This document shows positions 35,523-45,527 of a DNA stretch of 64,000 bases, in pieces; the first letter of the stretch is position 1, and the number at the start of each line of letters is the position of its first letter. The stretch comes from Verrucomicrobiales bacterium (GTDB lineage: Bacteria > Verrucomicrobiota > Verrucomicrobiia > Limisphaerales > UBA1100), in contig JAYOSV010000007.1 in assembly GCA_038139415.1 (NCBI GenBank), positions 2,198-66,197 on the forward strand, read 5' to 3'. The notes below the pieces were generated by a model, which saw only the letters and a list, made by a program, of their open reading frames with translations, was not told the DNA's origin and ran no database searches. The position numbers were made by a program, and so were the translations under genes.

Positions 35523-38500
35523 ATGCGATGTTGGATCTTCATCGCGATATTGTCTGTCGCCTGCAATGTGTTTGCCGCCCCGGATTTTAGCCGGGACGTT
35601 TTGCCTATCCTTTCGGACACCTGTTTTACCTGCCACGGCCCTGATGCTAACGCGCGTAAAGCCAAGCTGCGTTTGGATGTGGAGTCGGATGCCAAGCGGG
35701 AGGTCATTGTTCCGGGTAAAAGTGCAGAGAGCGAAATCATCGCGCGCATTTTTTCAAGGGATGCGGATGAACTCATGCCGCCGCCGGAATCGAATCTCAA
35801 ACTAACCGCAGCACAAAAGGCGACGCTCAAGGAATGGATCGATGGGGGTGCCAAGTGGGGTAAGCATTGGGCTTATGAAACCCCCAAACCCGTGGCCCCA
35901 CCAAAAGTTAAGCAGACCGATTGGCCGCGCAATGGGATTGATAACTTTATACTAGCGCGATTGGAGCGGGAAGGTTTGAAGCCTTCCAAGGGAGCGGACC
36001 GCATTACATGGCTGCGCCGCGTAACTTTGGATCTCACGGGATTACCTCCCACTTTGACCGAGGTGGATGCTTTCCAGAAAGACAAATCTCCCAAGGCATT
36101 TGAAACAGTGGTCGATCGGCTTTTGGCTTCACCGCGTTATGGTGAGCGCATGGCATGGGATTGGCTCGAGGCCGCAAGGTATGCCGATAGCAATGGGTAT
36201 CAAGGTGACCGTGAACGTACTATGTGGCCATGGCGTGACTGGGTTGTGCGAGCGCTCAATGCTAATCAGCCGTATAACGATTTTACAGTGGAACAGATCG
36301 CTGGTGATCTGCTGCCTGCGGCGACGGAGGAACAAATTCTGGCGACCGGTTTCAACCGCAACCACATGATCAATGGTGAGGGCGGCCGGATCGCGGCGGA
36401 GAACCGCGTGGAATATGTTTTTGATCAGACAGAAACGGTGGGCACGGTGTGGATGGGGCTGACTTTTAATTGCTGCCGCTGCCATGATCATAAGTTCGAC
36501 CCGATCAGTCAGCGTGATTACTTCAGCATGTATTCTTTCTTTAATCAAACGCCGGTGAATGGTGGTGGTGGAGATCCAGCAATGGCGCCCAATATTCAGG
36601 TGGGCACACCGGAGCAGAAAAAGGAGATTGCCGGTCTCGAGCAAAAGATCGCAGCGCATACCAAATCCATCGCCGCCCGACGCGCGGTATTGGCACAAGG
36701 GCAGGCGCGGTGGGAAGCGGAGCAGTTGAAGCGCGGATCAGCCTCTGCTTGGACGCCATTGAAACCCATCGCCGCCCGCGCGCAGCAGCAGACTTTGGAA
36801 TTGCTGCCGGATCAATCCGTCCTGGCGAAAGGCAAGCTACCCGATCGCGATGAGTATGCGGTGCAAATGGCCACTGGCGTGAAACCGTTTCGTCATGTGC
36901 GGTTGGAGGCATTGCAGCATGCGAGTCTGCCAGCGGGCGGGTTGAGCCGGGTTAAAGGTGGGAATTTTGTGCTAACGGATTTCAAGGTAATGATCGAGAG
37001 CACGGGTTCCGAACCAAAGGAATTGAAGCTGACGGGCGCTAAATCGACATTCAATCAGGGCGGCCTTGATGTGAAACAGGCGATTGATGGCAACGCCGGT
37101 AGTGGATGGGGAGTATGGCCAGGGCAACAGGGTGTTAAGCAGGCACACACGGCAATATTCACGCTTGCTGAACCTGCTGTGGAAAAAGCTGGCACCAAGT
37201 TGACGGTTCTCATGAAATTCAATCACTCGGCTAAGCAGCATGTAATGGGGCGGTTTCGAGTGTCCGTTTCTAATGCAGGCGAGCCAGGCTTTGGTTCAGG
37301 CGAATTACTGACAGCCCTGCAGGCTGAGCCCGCCAAACGTACGGTGGCTATGAAGGAGATAGTCAGCAAAGCCTACAGTTTGAATGACCCTGAATTGCGC
37401 CGGTTGCAAACTGAGACGGATGCCGCGAAAAAACGCATCAACGATTTGCGTAAAGCGTTCCCCACAGTGATGGTGATGCGTGATGGGACCAAGCGTGAAA
37501 CGCGCGTACTCATCCGCGGTGTGTACAACAAGCCTACGGACATCGTGGTGGGCAGTAACACGCCGGAGAGTTTGCCGCCGTTACCTGAAAATGCCCCGCG
37601 CAACCGGCTGGGATTGGCGGAGTGGCTGGTCAATCCCAAGCATCCGTTGACCGCCCGTGTGACGGTGAACCGGATCTGGCAGCAGTTCTTTGCTACGGGA
37701 TTAGTGAAGACAACCGAGGATTTCGGTGTGCAAAGTGAACGGCCGAGTCATCCGGGTTTGCTCAACTGGCTGGCGCAGGAATTTGTTTCCGATAACTGGA
37801 ACGTCAAGGGGCTGCATCGGCGGATCGTGCTGAGTGCAACCTACCGCCAAAGCTCAGCGGTGACATCTGCGTTGCACGAGCGCGATCCGGAAAACCGATT
37901 GCTGGCACGCATGACACGCTACCGGTTGCCTTCGTGGATGATTCGTGATCAGGCCCTGGCGATAAGCGGACTGTTGGTGGAAAGGATGGGAGGCCCTCCG
38001 GTGAAGCCTTATCAGCCGTCGGGCGTTTGGGCCGAAAGTACGTTTGGCAAAAAACGCTACGCACAGGACAAAGGCGAAGCTTTGTATCGACGTAGTCTAT
38101 ATACTTTCTGGCGACGCATTGTAGGGCCCACGATGTTCTTTGATGAAGCTAAACGCCAGACCTGTGAAGTGCGCCGTGCGCGAACAAACACGCCATTACA
38201 TGCATTGATCACTCTCAACGATGTTGCTTATGTAGAAGCCGCACGCGCAATGGCCCAGCGAGTGCTTCAGGAAGGTGGGGTCGATGACGTAGCCCGCGTG
38301 GCGTATGCCTTTCGCCTAGCGACTGCCCGCCCGCCATCCGCAGATGAAGCGGTCGTGCTGCAACAGCGCATCCAGCAATTGCGCGTCACCTACACCGCTA
38401 AACCCGAGGCCGCGCAGGAGTTGTTAAAGGTCGGCGAACATGTCCGCGACGAAACTCTTACCGTGACCGATCATGCGGCATATACGGTGTTGTGCAATCT

Positions 38501-38537
38501 GCTGTTAAACCTCGACGAAGTGATCACGCGTGAATGA
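35523..38537 (+). CDS. PSCyt (planctomycete cytochrome c) / DUF1549 / DUF1553 protein
   Basis: 1004 aa. Signal peptide, CFTCHGPDANARKAKLRLD (CxxCH), the DUF1549 block with CCRCHDHKFDP, a central jelly-roll-like insert (AIDGNAGSGWGVW) and a DUF1553 C-terminus. Confidence 0.85.
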   Translation: MRCWIFIAILSVACNVFAAPDFSRDVLPILSDTCFTCHGPDANARKAKLRLDVESDAKREVIVPGKSAESEIIARIFSRDADELMPPPESNLKLTAAQKATLKEWIDGGAKWGKHWAYETPKPVAPPKVKQTDWPRNGIDNFILARLEREGLKPSKGADRITWLRRVTLDLTGLPPTLTEVDAFQKDKSPKAFETVVDRLLASPRYGERMAWDWLEAARYADSNGYQGDRERTMWPWRDWVVRALNANQPYNDFTVEQIAGDLLPAATEEQILATGFNRNHMINGEGGRIAAENRVEYVFDQTETVGTVWMGLTFNCCRCHDHKFDPISQRDYFSMYSFFNQTPVNGGGGDPAMAPNIQVGTPEQKKEIAGLEQKIAAHTKSIAARRAVLAQGQARWEAEQLKRGSASAWTPLKPIAARAQQQTLELLPDQSVLAKGKLPDRDEYAVQMATGVKPFRHVRLEALQHASLPAGGLSRVKGGNFVLTDFKVMIESTGSEPKELKLTGAKSTFNQGGLDVKQAIDGNAGSGWGVWPGQQGVKQAHTAIFTLAEPAVEKAGTKLTVLMKFNHSAKQHVMGRFRVSVSNAGEPGFGSGELLTALQAEPAKRTVAMKEIVSKAYSLNDPELRRLQTETDAAKKRINDLRKAFPTVMVMRDGTKRETRVLIRGVYNKPTDIVVGSNTPESLPPLPENAPRNRLGLAEWLVNPKHPLTARVTVNRIWQQFFATGLVKTTEDFGVQSERPSHPGLLNWLAQEFVSDNWNVKGLHRRIVLSATYRQSSAVTSALHERDPENRLLARMTRYRLPSWMIRDQALAISGLLVERMGGPPVKPYQPSGVWAESTFGKKRYAQDKGEALYRRSLYTFWRRIVGPTMFFDEAKRQTCEVRRARTNTPLHALITLNDVAYVEAARAMAQRVLQEGGVDDVARVAYAFRLATARPPSADEAVVLQQRIQQLRVTYTAKPEAAQELLKVGEHVRDETLTVTDHAAYTVLCNLLLNLDEVITRE

Positions 38538-39999
38538 TATGAATCCACTGACTGAATCCCAACTCATGATCAATCGCCGGCAGTTTTTCGGCCGGTCGGC
38601 GACGGGGATTGGCGCGGCGGCTCTGGGGAACCTGTTGCAACAGGACGGTTTGGCGGACCAGACCGGCGGGGCGTTTGGCGGGCTGGGTTCGCTGCCGCAT
38701 TTTGCGCCCAAGGCGAAGCGGGTGATCTATCTGTTCATGAACGGAGCACCAACGCACACGGATTTGTATGACTACAAACCGTTGCAGGAGCAGCTGCATG
38801 GTAAGCCGGTGCCTCAGGATTTTGTGGAGGGCAAACGGTTCAGCACCATGACAGGCAATCCGCAGGGCAAGTTGATGCTGGCGCCGATTGAGCCGTTCAA
38901 GCAGCACGGGCAAAGCGGCGCATGGGTGAGCAACTTCATGCCCCACGTGGGCAAGGCGGCCGATGATATTTGCTTCATCAAGAGCATGCACACTGAGCAG
39001 GTCAACCATGCGCCTGCGATTTCGTTTTTCATGTCCGGCGCGGAAATGCCTGGTCGACCTACTCTGGGCGCGTGGCTCAGCTACGGGCTGGGTAGCGACA
39101 CAGACAGTCTGCCGTCGTTTGTGGTGATGACCAGCGTGAGCAAGGGGACGACCTGCGGTCAGATTTTCTATGATTTTTACTGGGGCAGCGGGTTTCTGCC
39201 CTCGCGCTTTCAGGGTGTAAAATTTCGTGCGGGCGGCGATCCGGTATTGTATTTGCAAAACCCCAACGGCATCACAGGCCAAGAGCGTCGTGGCATGCTT
39301 GATGATTTGGGTAAACTCAACCGCATGCGCCATGCGGAGTTTGGTGACCCGGAAATTCTCACGCGCATTGCACAGTACGAGATGGCCTACCGTATGCAAA
39401 CCAGCGTGCCGGAGCTCACCGATGTGGCTAAGGAACCGAAGAGTGTGCTGGATCTCTACGGGCCCTCGGTAAAGGAGCGCGGCTCCTTTGCCTACAACTG
39501 CCTGATGGCGCGCCGATTGATTGAGCGCGGCACGCGGTTTGTACAGGTGATGCACGCGGGATGGGATCAGCACCGCAGCGTGACCACCGAGCTTTATAAT
39601 CAATGCCGCGACACGGACCAGCCGAGCGCGGGGTTGATTGCCGACCTCAAGCAACGCGGGTTGTTGGAGGACACCTTGGTGGTTTGGGGTGGCGAATTCG
39701 GTCGCACGCCGTTTATTCAGGGCGACATCCGGAACCGCAAGCAATGGGGGCGTGACCATCATCCGTACGCCTTCACCACATGGATGGCCGGTGGCGGAGT
39801 GAAACCGGGTATGACCTACGGTGCGAGTGACGATCTGGGAATCAACGCCGTACAGGACCGCGTGCATGTGCACGATTTCCAAGCCACGCTGCTGCATTTG
39901 TTGGGCATTGATCATGAGCGGTTCACTTACAAGTTCCAGGGCCGGCGATATCGCCTGACCGATGTGCACGGAAAAGTGGTGAAACCGATTTTGGTATGA
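38530..39999 (+). CDS. DUF1501 domain protein with Tat signal
   Basis: NRRQFFGRSATGIGAAALG and GGEFGRTPFIQGD...GRDHHP. The start is the GTG at 38530 (8-nt overlap with the upstream gene) or the ATG at 38539 (1 nt after its stop). Confidence 0.85.
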   Translation: MNDMNPLTESQLMINRRQFFGRSATGIGAAALGNLLQQDGLADQTGGAFGGLGSLPHFAPKAKRVIYLFMNGAPTHTDLYDYKPLQEQLHGKPVPQDFVEGKRFSTMTGNPQGKLMLAPIEPFKQHGQSGAWVSNFMPHVGKAADDICFIKSMHTEQVNHAPAISFFMSGAEMPGRPTLGAWLSYGLGSDTDSLPSFVVMTSVSKGTTCGQIFYDFYWGSGFLPSRFQGVKFRAGGDPVLYLQNPNGITGQERRGMLDDLGKLNRMRHAEFGDPEILTRIAQYEMAYRMQTSVPELTDVAKEPKSVLDLYGPSVKERGSFAYNCLMARRLIERGTRFVQVMHAGWDQHRSVTTELYNQCRDTDQPSAGLIADLKQRGLLEDTLVVWGGEFGRTPFIQGDIRNRKQWGRDHHPYAFTTWMAGGGVKPGMTYGASDDLGINAVQDRVHVHDFQATLLHLLGIDHERFTYKFQGRRYRLTDVHGKVVKPILV

Positions 40000-40054
40000 A
40001 TCTTTTTCGCCCAATCTCATCCAATCTTTACACGCCTCCCCACGGGCGGCATGA

Positions 40055-43000
40055 TTGATTTTTAGCGTGAAAACTTGGCGGATTTTATTGAGCTTCGGGT
40101 TGTTGACGGCGATGGCTTCGGCGGCGCCCAAGAAGATTTCCTTTAATCGCGATGTCCGCGCGATTCTCTCGGAGAATTGCTACACTTGTCACGGACCGGA
40201 TGCCGCCGCGCGTAAGGCAAAACTGCGATTGGATAAGCGCGAGGCTGCAGTTGCAGAAAATAAGGACGGACTATTCGCCATTAAGCCAGGCGACGTGGAG
40301 GACAGCGAGCTGATCTACCGCATTTTTGCCAAAGACGCCGATGAACTGATGCCGCCCAAGGAATCCAAGCTCGCCCTGACGGCGGAGCAAAAGGCGATCC
40401 TCAAACAATGGGTCGCCGAAGGCGCGGAGTACGAGCCGCACTGGGCGTATGAAAAACCGAAACGTGAAGCAGTGCCGGTGGTGAAGAATTCCCAGTGGAG
40501 CCGCAACGACGTGGACCGGTTTATCCTCGCGCAACTGGAGAAACGCGGCTGGAAGCCCTCGAAGGTGGCGGACAAGCAGGCGTTGATTCGTCGGGTGAGC
40601 CTGGACCTTACTGGCCTGCCGCCGACCCCGGTGGAGGTGGCGGCGTTTGTGGCGGATACCTCGCCGGACGCCTACGAAAAGCTAGTGGATCGTTTGCTGG
40701 CCAAGCCGGCGTATGGCGAGCATTGGGCGCGGCAATGGCTGGACCTTGCGCGGTACGCTGACAGTACCGGCTATGCGGATGATCAGCCGCGCACGATCTG
40801 GGGGTATCGCGATTGGGTTATTCGCGCGCTTAACAGCAATATGCCGTTTGATCAATTCACGCGCGAACAACTGGCGGGCGATCTGCTCGATCAACCGACC
40901 AATGATCAGCTTATCGCCACTGCGTTTCATCGTAACACGCAGACGAACAACGAAGGCGGTACAGCCGATGAGGAGTTTCGCAACGTGGCGGTGGTCGATC
41001 GCGTGAACACCACCATGCAGGTGTGGATGGGCACCACGATGGCCTGCGCGCAGTGCCATGATCACAAGTACGATCCGCTGAGTCAGGAGGAGTACTTCCG
41101 CATGTTCGCGATTTTCAACAACACCGAGGACAGCGACAAACGTAACGAGGCGCCGTTTATCAGCCTGTTTACGGATGAACAAAAAAAGCAACGGGCGGCC
41201 ACCGAGCTGAAGGTGACCGCGCTGGATAAGGAGCTGAATCAGCTCAAGGCCACGGCGTTGGATGGGCTGGAACCGTGGGCCAAGCAATTCGAGCAGCACG
41301 TGCCGGTGAAGCGGTTGCAGATCCAACGCGAAGGCAATCAGCTGAATGTGCGGCCGCCGCCCGGCAGATTCGATCGCCTGCAGGTGGCTGGGGTGGATCC
41401 GGCGCGCGTGACGCTGAAGCTGCGGCCGCAGGGCGCGAAACATTTGAAGGGTCGCTTCGTGCGCGTCACCAACGTGGGCAAGGGCGTTTTTCTGCATCTG
41501 GGCGAGGTGCAGGTGTTCAGTAACGGCGCCAACATCGCGCCCAAAGGCAAAGCCACCCAAAGCAGCACGGATTTCGGTGGCCCGGCGAAGTACGGCAATG
41601 ACGGCAATACCAGCGGCGATTTTACTAAGAAAACTGTAACGCACACAGCGCAGGAAGACAACCCGTGGTGGGAGGTGGATCTTGGCAGCGAACAGCCCAT
41701 CGAGAAGCTCGTGCTCTGGAACCGCACCGGCACCGGCCTCGCCGAGCGGCTCAAGGTACATCGTGTGGAGGTGCTGGACGCCGATCGTAAGGTGGTTTGG
41801 AAAGAGCAATCCAACAAGGTCTTCAAGGTGAATGTCGACTACGCGCTCGACGGCGCGCGGTTGCTGCCCTTCGTGTCCGTGCCCAACACGCGCGATCCGG
41901 GTTTCCTGAAATTCAAGACCGCTGTCGACGTGGCAGAGGACGATGTCGCCGAGGTGACCATCAAGGATCTCAAGGACGAGGAGGTCATCATCTCGATCAT
42001 CGCCGGCGCGTTGCCCAAGCTAGAGCAGGCGCTGCCTAAGGATGTGTACGGCATTCTCAGTACGCCGGTGGAAAAACGCAGCGTGGCGCAAGTGAAACGG
42101 CTCAAGGATTATTTCGCCGCCAACAACCCCAAGACCCTCGCCAAGGCGAAGGAGCTGGAAGCGGCAAAAAAACAGCTCGCCGGTATGAAAGGCACCACCA
42201 CCGTGCCGGTGATGCGCGAGATGGCCAAGGGCCGCGAGACGCATATTCAGTTGCGCGGTAACTATCAGCAGAAAGACAAGCGCGTGTACGAGGGCGTGCC
42301 GGAAGTGTTCGGTGTGCCGACCGCCGAGAAGCCAAACCGCCTGCAGCTGGCCGACTGGATTCTGGATGAGGGGAACCCGCTCACCGCGCGCGTGATTGCC
42401 AACCGTTATTGGGAATCCATCTTCGGCACAGGCATTGTACGCACCAGCGAGGAGTTCGGTTCGCAGGGCGAATTGCCTACGCATCCGGCGTTGCTCGACT
42501 GGCTGGCCACCGAGTTGGTGCGGATGAAGTGGGATACCAAGACGTTCCTCAAACTGCTGGTCACCAGCGCCGCGTACCGGCAGGACTCGCGCTCTACACC
42601 GGAACATTTAGAGAACGATCCGGCCAACCGCTTCTACGCGCGTGGACCGCGCTTGCGTTTGACCGCCGAGATGATCCGCGATCAGGCAATGTCAGTCAGC
42701 GGCCTGCTCAGCCGCAAAATGTACGGCGTTCCGGTGAAGCCGTACCAGCCGAGCTTCGGCGTGTCCGCGGCGTTTGGGCCGGGCATGGATTGGAAAACCA
42801 GCGCGGGCGAGGATAAGTATCGCCGCGGTATTTACACCCACTGGCGCCGCACCAATCCGTACCCCTCCATGGCGGCGTTTGATGCGCCCAACCGCAACGT
42901 CTGCACCGTGCGCCGCGTGCCCACCAACACTCCGCTGCAGGCATTGGTGACGATGAACGATCCAGTGTACGTGGAGGCCTCACAGGCTCTGGCCCGCCGC

Positions 43001-43276
43001 ATGATGAAAGAGGGTGGCGACACGGCGGCCGCGCGGGTGACCTTTGGCCTGCGCTTATGCCTCTCGCGTGAGCCCAAGCCCGCCGAGGTGGGTCGTCTCG
43101 AGGAACTCTTCAACGAATTGCTGGCCGATTACCAACAGGATCCCGAGGCCGCCAAGATGATGGCCACCGACCCGCTTGGTCCGCTTCCTGAGGGCATGAA
43201 AGCCGACGAGCTTGCGGCTTGGACCATCGTCGGCAATGTGCTTTTGAATCTCGATGAGATGTTCATGAAACGTTAA
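40055..43276 (+). CDS. PSCyt / DUF1549 / DUF1553 protein with an inserted F5/8 type C (discoidin-like) domain
   Basis: 1073 aa with CYTCHGPDAAARKAKLRLD and CAQCHDHKYDP. The insert KATQSSTDFGGPAKYGNDGNTSG...DNPWWEVDLGSEQPIEKLVLWNR matches the F5/8C pattern. It is a paralogue of 35523-38537. Confidence 0.85.
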   Translation: MIFSVKTWRILLSFGLLTAMASAAPKKISFNRDVRAILSENCYTCHGPDAAARKAKLRLDKREAAVAENKDGLFAIKPGDVEDSELIYRIFAKDADELMPPKESKLALTAEQKAILKQWVAEGAEYEPHWAYEKPKREAVPVVKNSQWSRNDVDRFILAQLEKRGWKPSKVADKQALIRRVSLDLTGLPPTPVEVAAFVADTSPDAYEKLVDRLLAKPAYGEHWARQWLDLARYADSTGYADDQPRTIWGYRDWVIRALNSNMPFDQFTREQLAGDLLDQPTNDQLIATAFHRNTQTNNEGGTADEEFRNVAVVDRVNTTMQVWMGTTMACAQCHDHKYDPLSQEEYFRMFAIFNNTEDSDKRNEAPFISLFTDEQKKQRAATELKVTALDKELNQLKATALDGLEPWAKQFEQHVPVKRLQIQREGNQLNVRPPPGRFDRLQVAGVDPARVTLKLRPQGAKHLKGRFVRVTNVGKGVFLHLGEVQVFSNGANIAPKGKATQSSTDFGGPAKYGNDGNTSGDFTKKTVTHTAQEDNPWWEVDLGSEQPIEKLVLWNRTGTGLAERLKVHRVEVLDADRKVVWKEQSNKVFKVNVDYALDGARLLPFVSVPNTRDPGFLKFKTAVDVAEDDVAEVTIKDLKDEEVIISIIAGALPKLEQALPKDVYGILSTPVEKRSVAQVKRLKDYFAANNPKTLAKAKELEAAKKQLAGMKGTTTVPVMREMAKGRETHIQLRGNYQQKDKRVYEGVPEVFGVPTAEKPNRLQLADWILDEGNPLTARVIANRYWESIFGTGIVRTSEEFGSQGELPTHPALLDWLATELVRMKWDTKTFLKLLVTSAAYRQDSRSTPEHLENDPANRFYARGPRLRLTAEMIRDQAMSVSGLLSRKMYGVPVKPYQPSFGVSAAFGPGMDWKTSAGEDKYRRGIYTHWRRTNPYPSMAAFDAPNRNVCTVRRVPTNTPLQALVTMNDPVYVEASQALARRMMKEGGDTAAARVTFGLRLCLSREPKPAEVGRLEELFNELLADYQQDPEAAKMMATDPLGPLPEGMKADELAAWTIVGNVLLNLDEMFMKR

Positions 43277-43289
43277 CCTGATTACCAAA

Positions 43290-44747
43290 ATGAATCTGCA
43301 ACACGAACAGCTTTTACACCGCACGCGCCGACAGTTTCTCGGAGAGGCGGGGATGGGTCTAGGCGCGGCGGCGCTGGCCTCGATGATGGTCGGCGCGCAA
43401 ACGGCCTCGGCCGATGTGGCGTTTGATCCCACGCAACCGCTCAAACCACGCCGCCCGCATTTCGCGCCCAAGGCCAAGAGCGTCATTTACCTGCACATGA
43501 CCGGGTCACCGCCAGTGTTGGACATGTTCGATTACAAGCCGCAGCTGCAGAAGCGGGAAGGCGAGAATTGTCCGGACGAATATCTGAAAGGCCGGCGGTT
43601 TGCCTTTACCTCGGGCGTGCCGAAGCTGATGGGCACGCCGCACGATTTCAAACAGCACGGACAAACCGGCGCGTGGATGAGCGACGCGGTGCCGGAGCTG
43701 GCCAAGCACGTGGACGATATTTCGTTTATCAAATCCATGACGACTGATCAGTTTAACCACGCGCCGGCGGAGCTGCTGCTCTACACCGGTAGCGCGCGCG
43801 AAGGTCGACCGAGCATGGGGTCGTGGGTCACGTACGGGCTCGGCAGCGCGAACCAGAATCTACCTGGCTTCGTGGCGCTCATCTCCAGCGGCGTACAGCC
43901 CAATGGCGGCAAGAACTCCTTCGGCAGCGGCTTTTTGCCCAGCGTGTTTCAGGGCGTGCAATGCCGGTCCAAGGGCGATCCGGTGCTCTATGTGTCCAAC
44001 CCCAAAGGCATGAGCCGTGCGTTGCGCCGCAAGAGCCTCGATGCGCTCAATGACCTGAATCGCATCCAGGCCAAGGAACTCGGCAGCCCCGAGACTATCA
44101 CGCGTATTGCGCAGTACGAGATGGCTTATCGCATGCAGGCAAGCGTGCCAGAGGTCATGGATATTACCAAGGAGCCGCAGCACATCCTCGAGAGTTATGG
44201 CGCCAAGCCCGGCGCTGGAAGTTTGGCCAACAACATTTTGCTTGCTCGGCGCTTAGTGGAAAAGGGAGTACGTTTTGTGCACCTCTTCGATTGGGGCTGG
44301 GATTTCCACGGCACCGGCGCCGGAACCGGCCTCGGCGATGGTCTGCGCAACAAATGCAAGACGATGGATAAACCCATCGCCGCACTAATCAAGGATCTCA
44401 AGGAGCGCGGATTATTTGAGGATACCCTTATCGTGTGGGGCGGCGAATTCGGTCGCACACCCTTCCGCGAAGGTCGCACAGCCAAGAGTAAAGTGCTTGG
44501 TCGCGATCATTATCCGGACGTGTACACTCAGTGGATGGCCGGCGGCGGCACCAAGCCCGGTACCTACGGTGCCAGCGACGAGCTGGGCTTCAAGGTCGCC
44601 GAGGACAAGGTGCACGTGCACGATCTACAGGCCACCATCCTGCATCTCATGGGCATGGATCACGAGAAACTCTATTACCGTTTCCAAGGCCGCAAATATC
44701 GCCTCACCGATGTGCACGGCAAAGTGGTGAAGGGCGTACTGGCTTAG
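43290..44747 (+). CDS. DUF1501 domain protein with Tat signal
   Basis: TRRQFLGEAGMGLGAAALA and GGEFGRTPFREG...GRDHYP. It is a clear paralogue of 38530-39999. Confidence 0.85.
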   Translation: MNLQHEQLLHRTRRQFLGEAGMGLGAAALASMMVGAQTASADVAFDPTQPLKPRRPHFAPKAKSVIYLHMTGSPPVLDMFDYKPQLQKREGENCPDEYLKGRRFAFTSGVPKLMGTPHDFKQHGQTGAWMSDAVPELAKHVDDISFIKSMTTDQFNHAPAELLLYTGSAREGRPSMGSWVTYGLGSANQNLPGFVALISSGVQPNGGKNSFGSGFLPSVFQGVQCRSKGDPVLYVSNPKGMSRALRRKSLDALNDLNRIQAKELGSPETITRIAQYEMAYRMQASVPEVMDITKEPQHILESYGAKPGAGSLANNILLARRLVEKGVRFVHLFDWGWDFHGTGAGTGLGDGLRNKCKTMDKPIAALIKDLKERGLFEDTLIVWGGEFGRTPFREGRTAKSKVLGRDHYPDVYTQWMAGGGTKPGTYGASDELGFKVAEDKVHVHDLQATILHLMGMDHEKLYYRFQGRKYRLTDVHGKVVKGVLA

Positions 44748-44754
44748 AAGCAAT

Positions 44755-45111
44755 TTAGTCCTCCTCAAACCACAACACGCCGTCTTCCTCCACCACTTCT
44801 AGGGGAAACAAACTCGCCCCCGCACATGGCCCGCGCGTGCAGAGCCCCGTGTCGGGTTCATACACCGCGCCGTGCGTCTGGCACATTAGTGCATCGCCTT
44901 GGTTGGTGAAAAACCGGTTGTCTCCGTAATCGAGTGAAATCGGAATGTGACGGCAGGTGTTTTCATAGGCAAACAACGTCCCATTGAAGCGTCCAACAAA
45001 TCCCTCCATCGGCCGTTCCATACGCTTGAAGGAAAACTTTAAAGTCTTACCTTCCTCCACTTCGTCCACAGCAGCAATGCGTATGCGCGACACGCGAAGC
45101 AGTCTGCACAT
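44755..45111 (-). CDS. small Rieske [2Fe-2S] domain protein
   Basis: 118 aa with CRH (CxH) and CQTHGAVY (CxxH) in Rieske spacing. Confidence 0.75.
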   Translation of the reverse strand: MCRLLRVSRIRIAAVDEVEEGKTLKFSFKRMERPMEGFVGRFNGTLFAYENTCRHIPISLDYGDNRFFTNQGDALMCQTHGAVYEPDTGLCTRGPCAGASLFPLEVVEEDGVLWFEED

Positions 45112-45483
45112 TTTTTTTCAAAAGCCAAGTAACTGAGAGCCAATGGGTAGCCGGAACGGGTTTGGTGTGGAAAGCTGGACGAGCTTTCAAGATACCACAC
45201 CGTGCTGTGTCATACCGTGCAGGGAATCCCGATCAAAAAGGTGGTGCAGCACGCACCGTGTCCGGTATTGGGGGTGTTGAAAAAGAATACGACTTCGTGG
45301 ATTAATATGGGTAAATCGCCAAACTGCGGGCGCGGCCGTTGACCTGACAACCGCTGCAAAACGTGAGCGCCATCCGCGTGAGGGTTCGAGGTTTGTTTTT
45401 CTGTGTTATTACAACGCAACCCAGCGTGGTTTTTACGCCTATTTTCCAAGTAAAAGATTGATTCTGATCATTTTTTGGCCGTT

Positions 45484-45511
45484 TTGCATGCTATGGAGAT
45501 TGGCATAATAT
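45484..45511 (+). promoter_or_regulatory. sigma70-like promoter candidate (TTGCAT-16-TAATAT)
   Basis: -35 TTGCAT at 45484-89 and -10 TAATAT at 45506-11, ending 16 nt upstream of the ATG at 45528. Sequence match only. Confidence 0.25.
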
Positions 45512-45527
45512 CTGCGGCTAACGCGCA

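Noticed and set aside
45160-45400. A possible sRNA or structured element in the 416-nt gap upstream of the pseudopilin-like gene. It has a nested hairpin GGTGTGG-AAAGCT-ggacg-AGCTTT-...-CCACACC at about 45164-45201, a repeated CGTGAG, and a T-rich run near 45390. ORF 45210-45449 (-) also lies here.
   Set aside because: No stem directly precedes the T-run, there is no promoter match and no recognisable motif. The 79-aa ORF has an implausible composition. It is worth a look in RNA-seq but not supportable from sequence.
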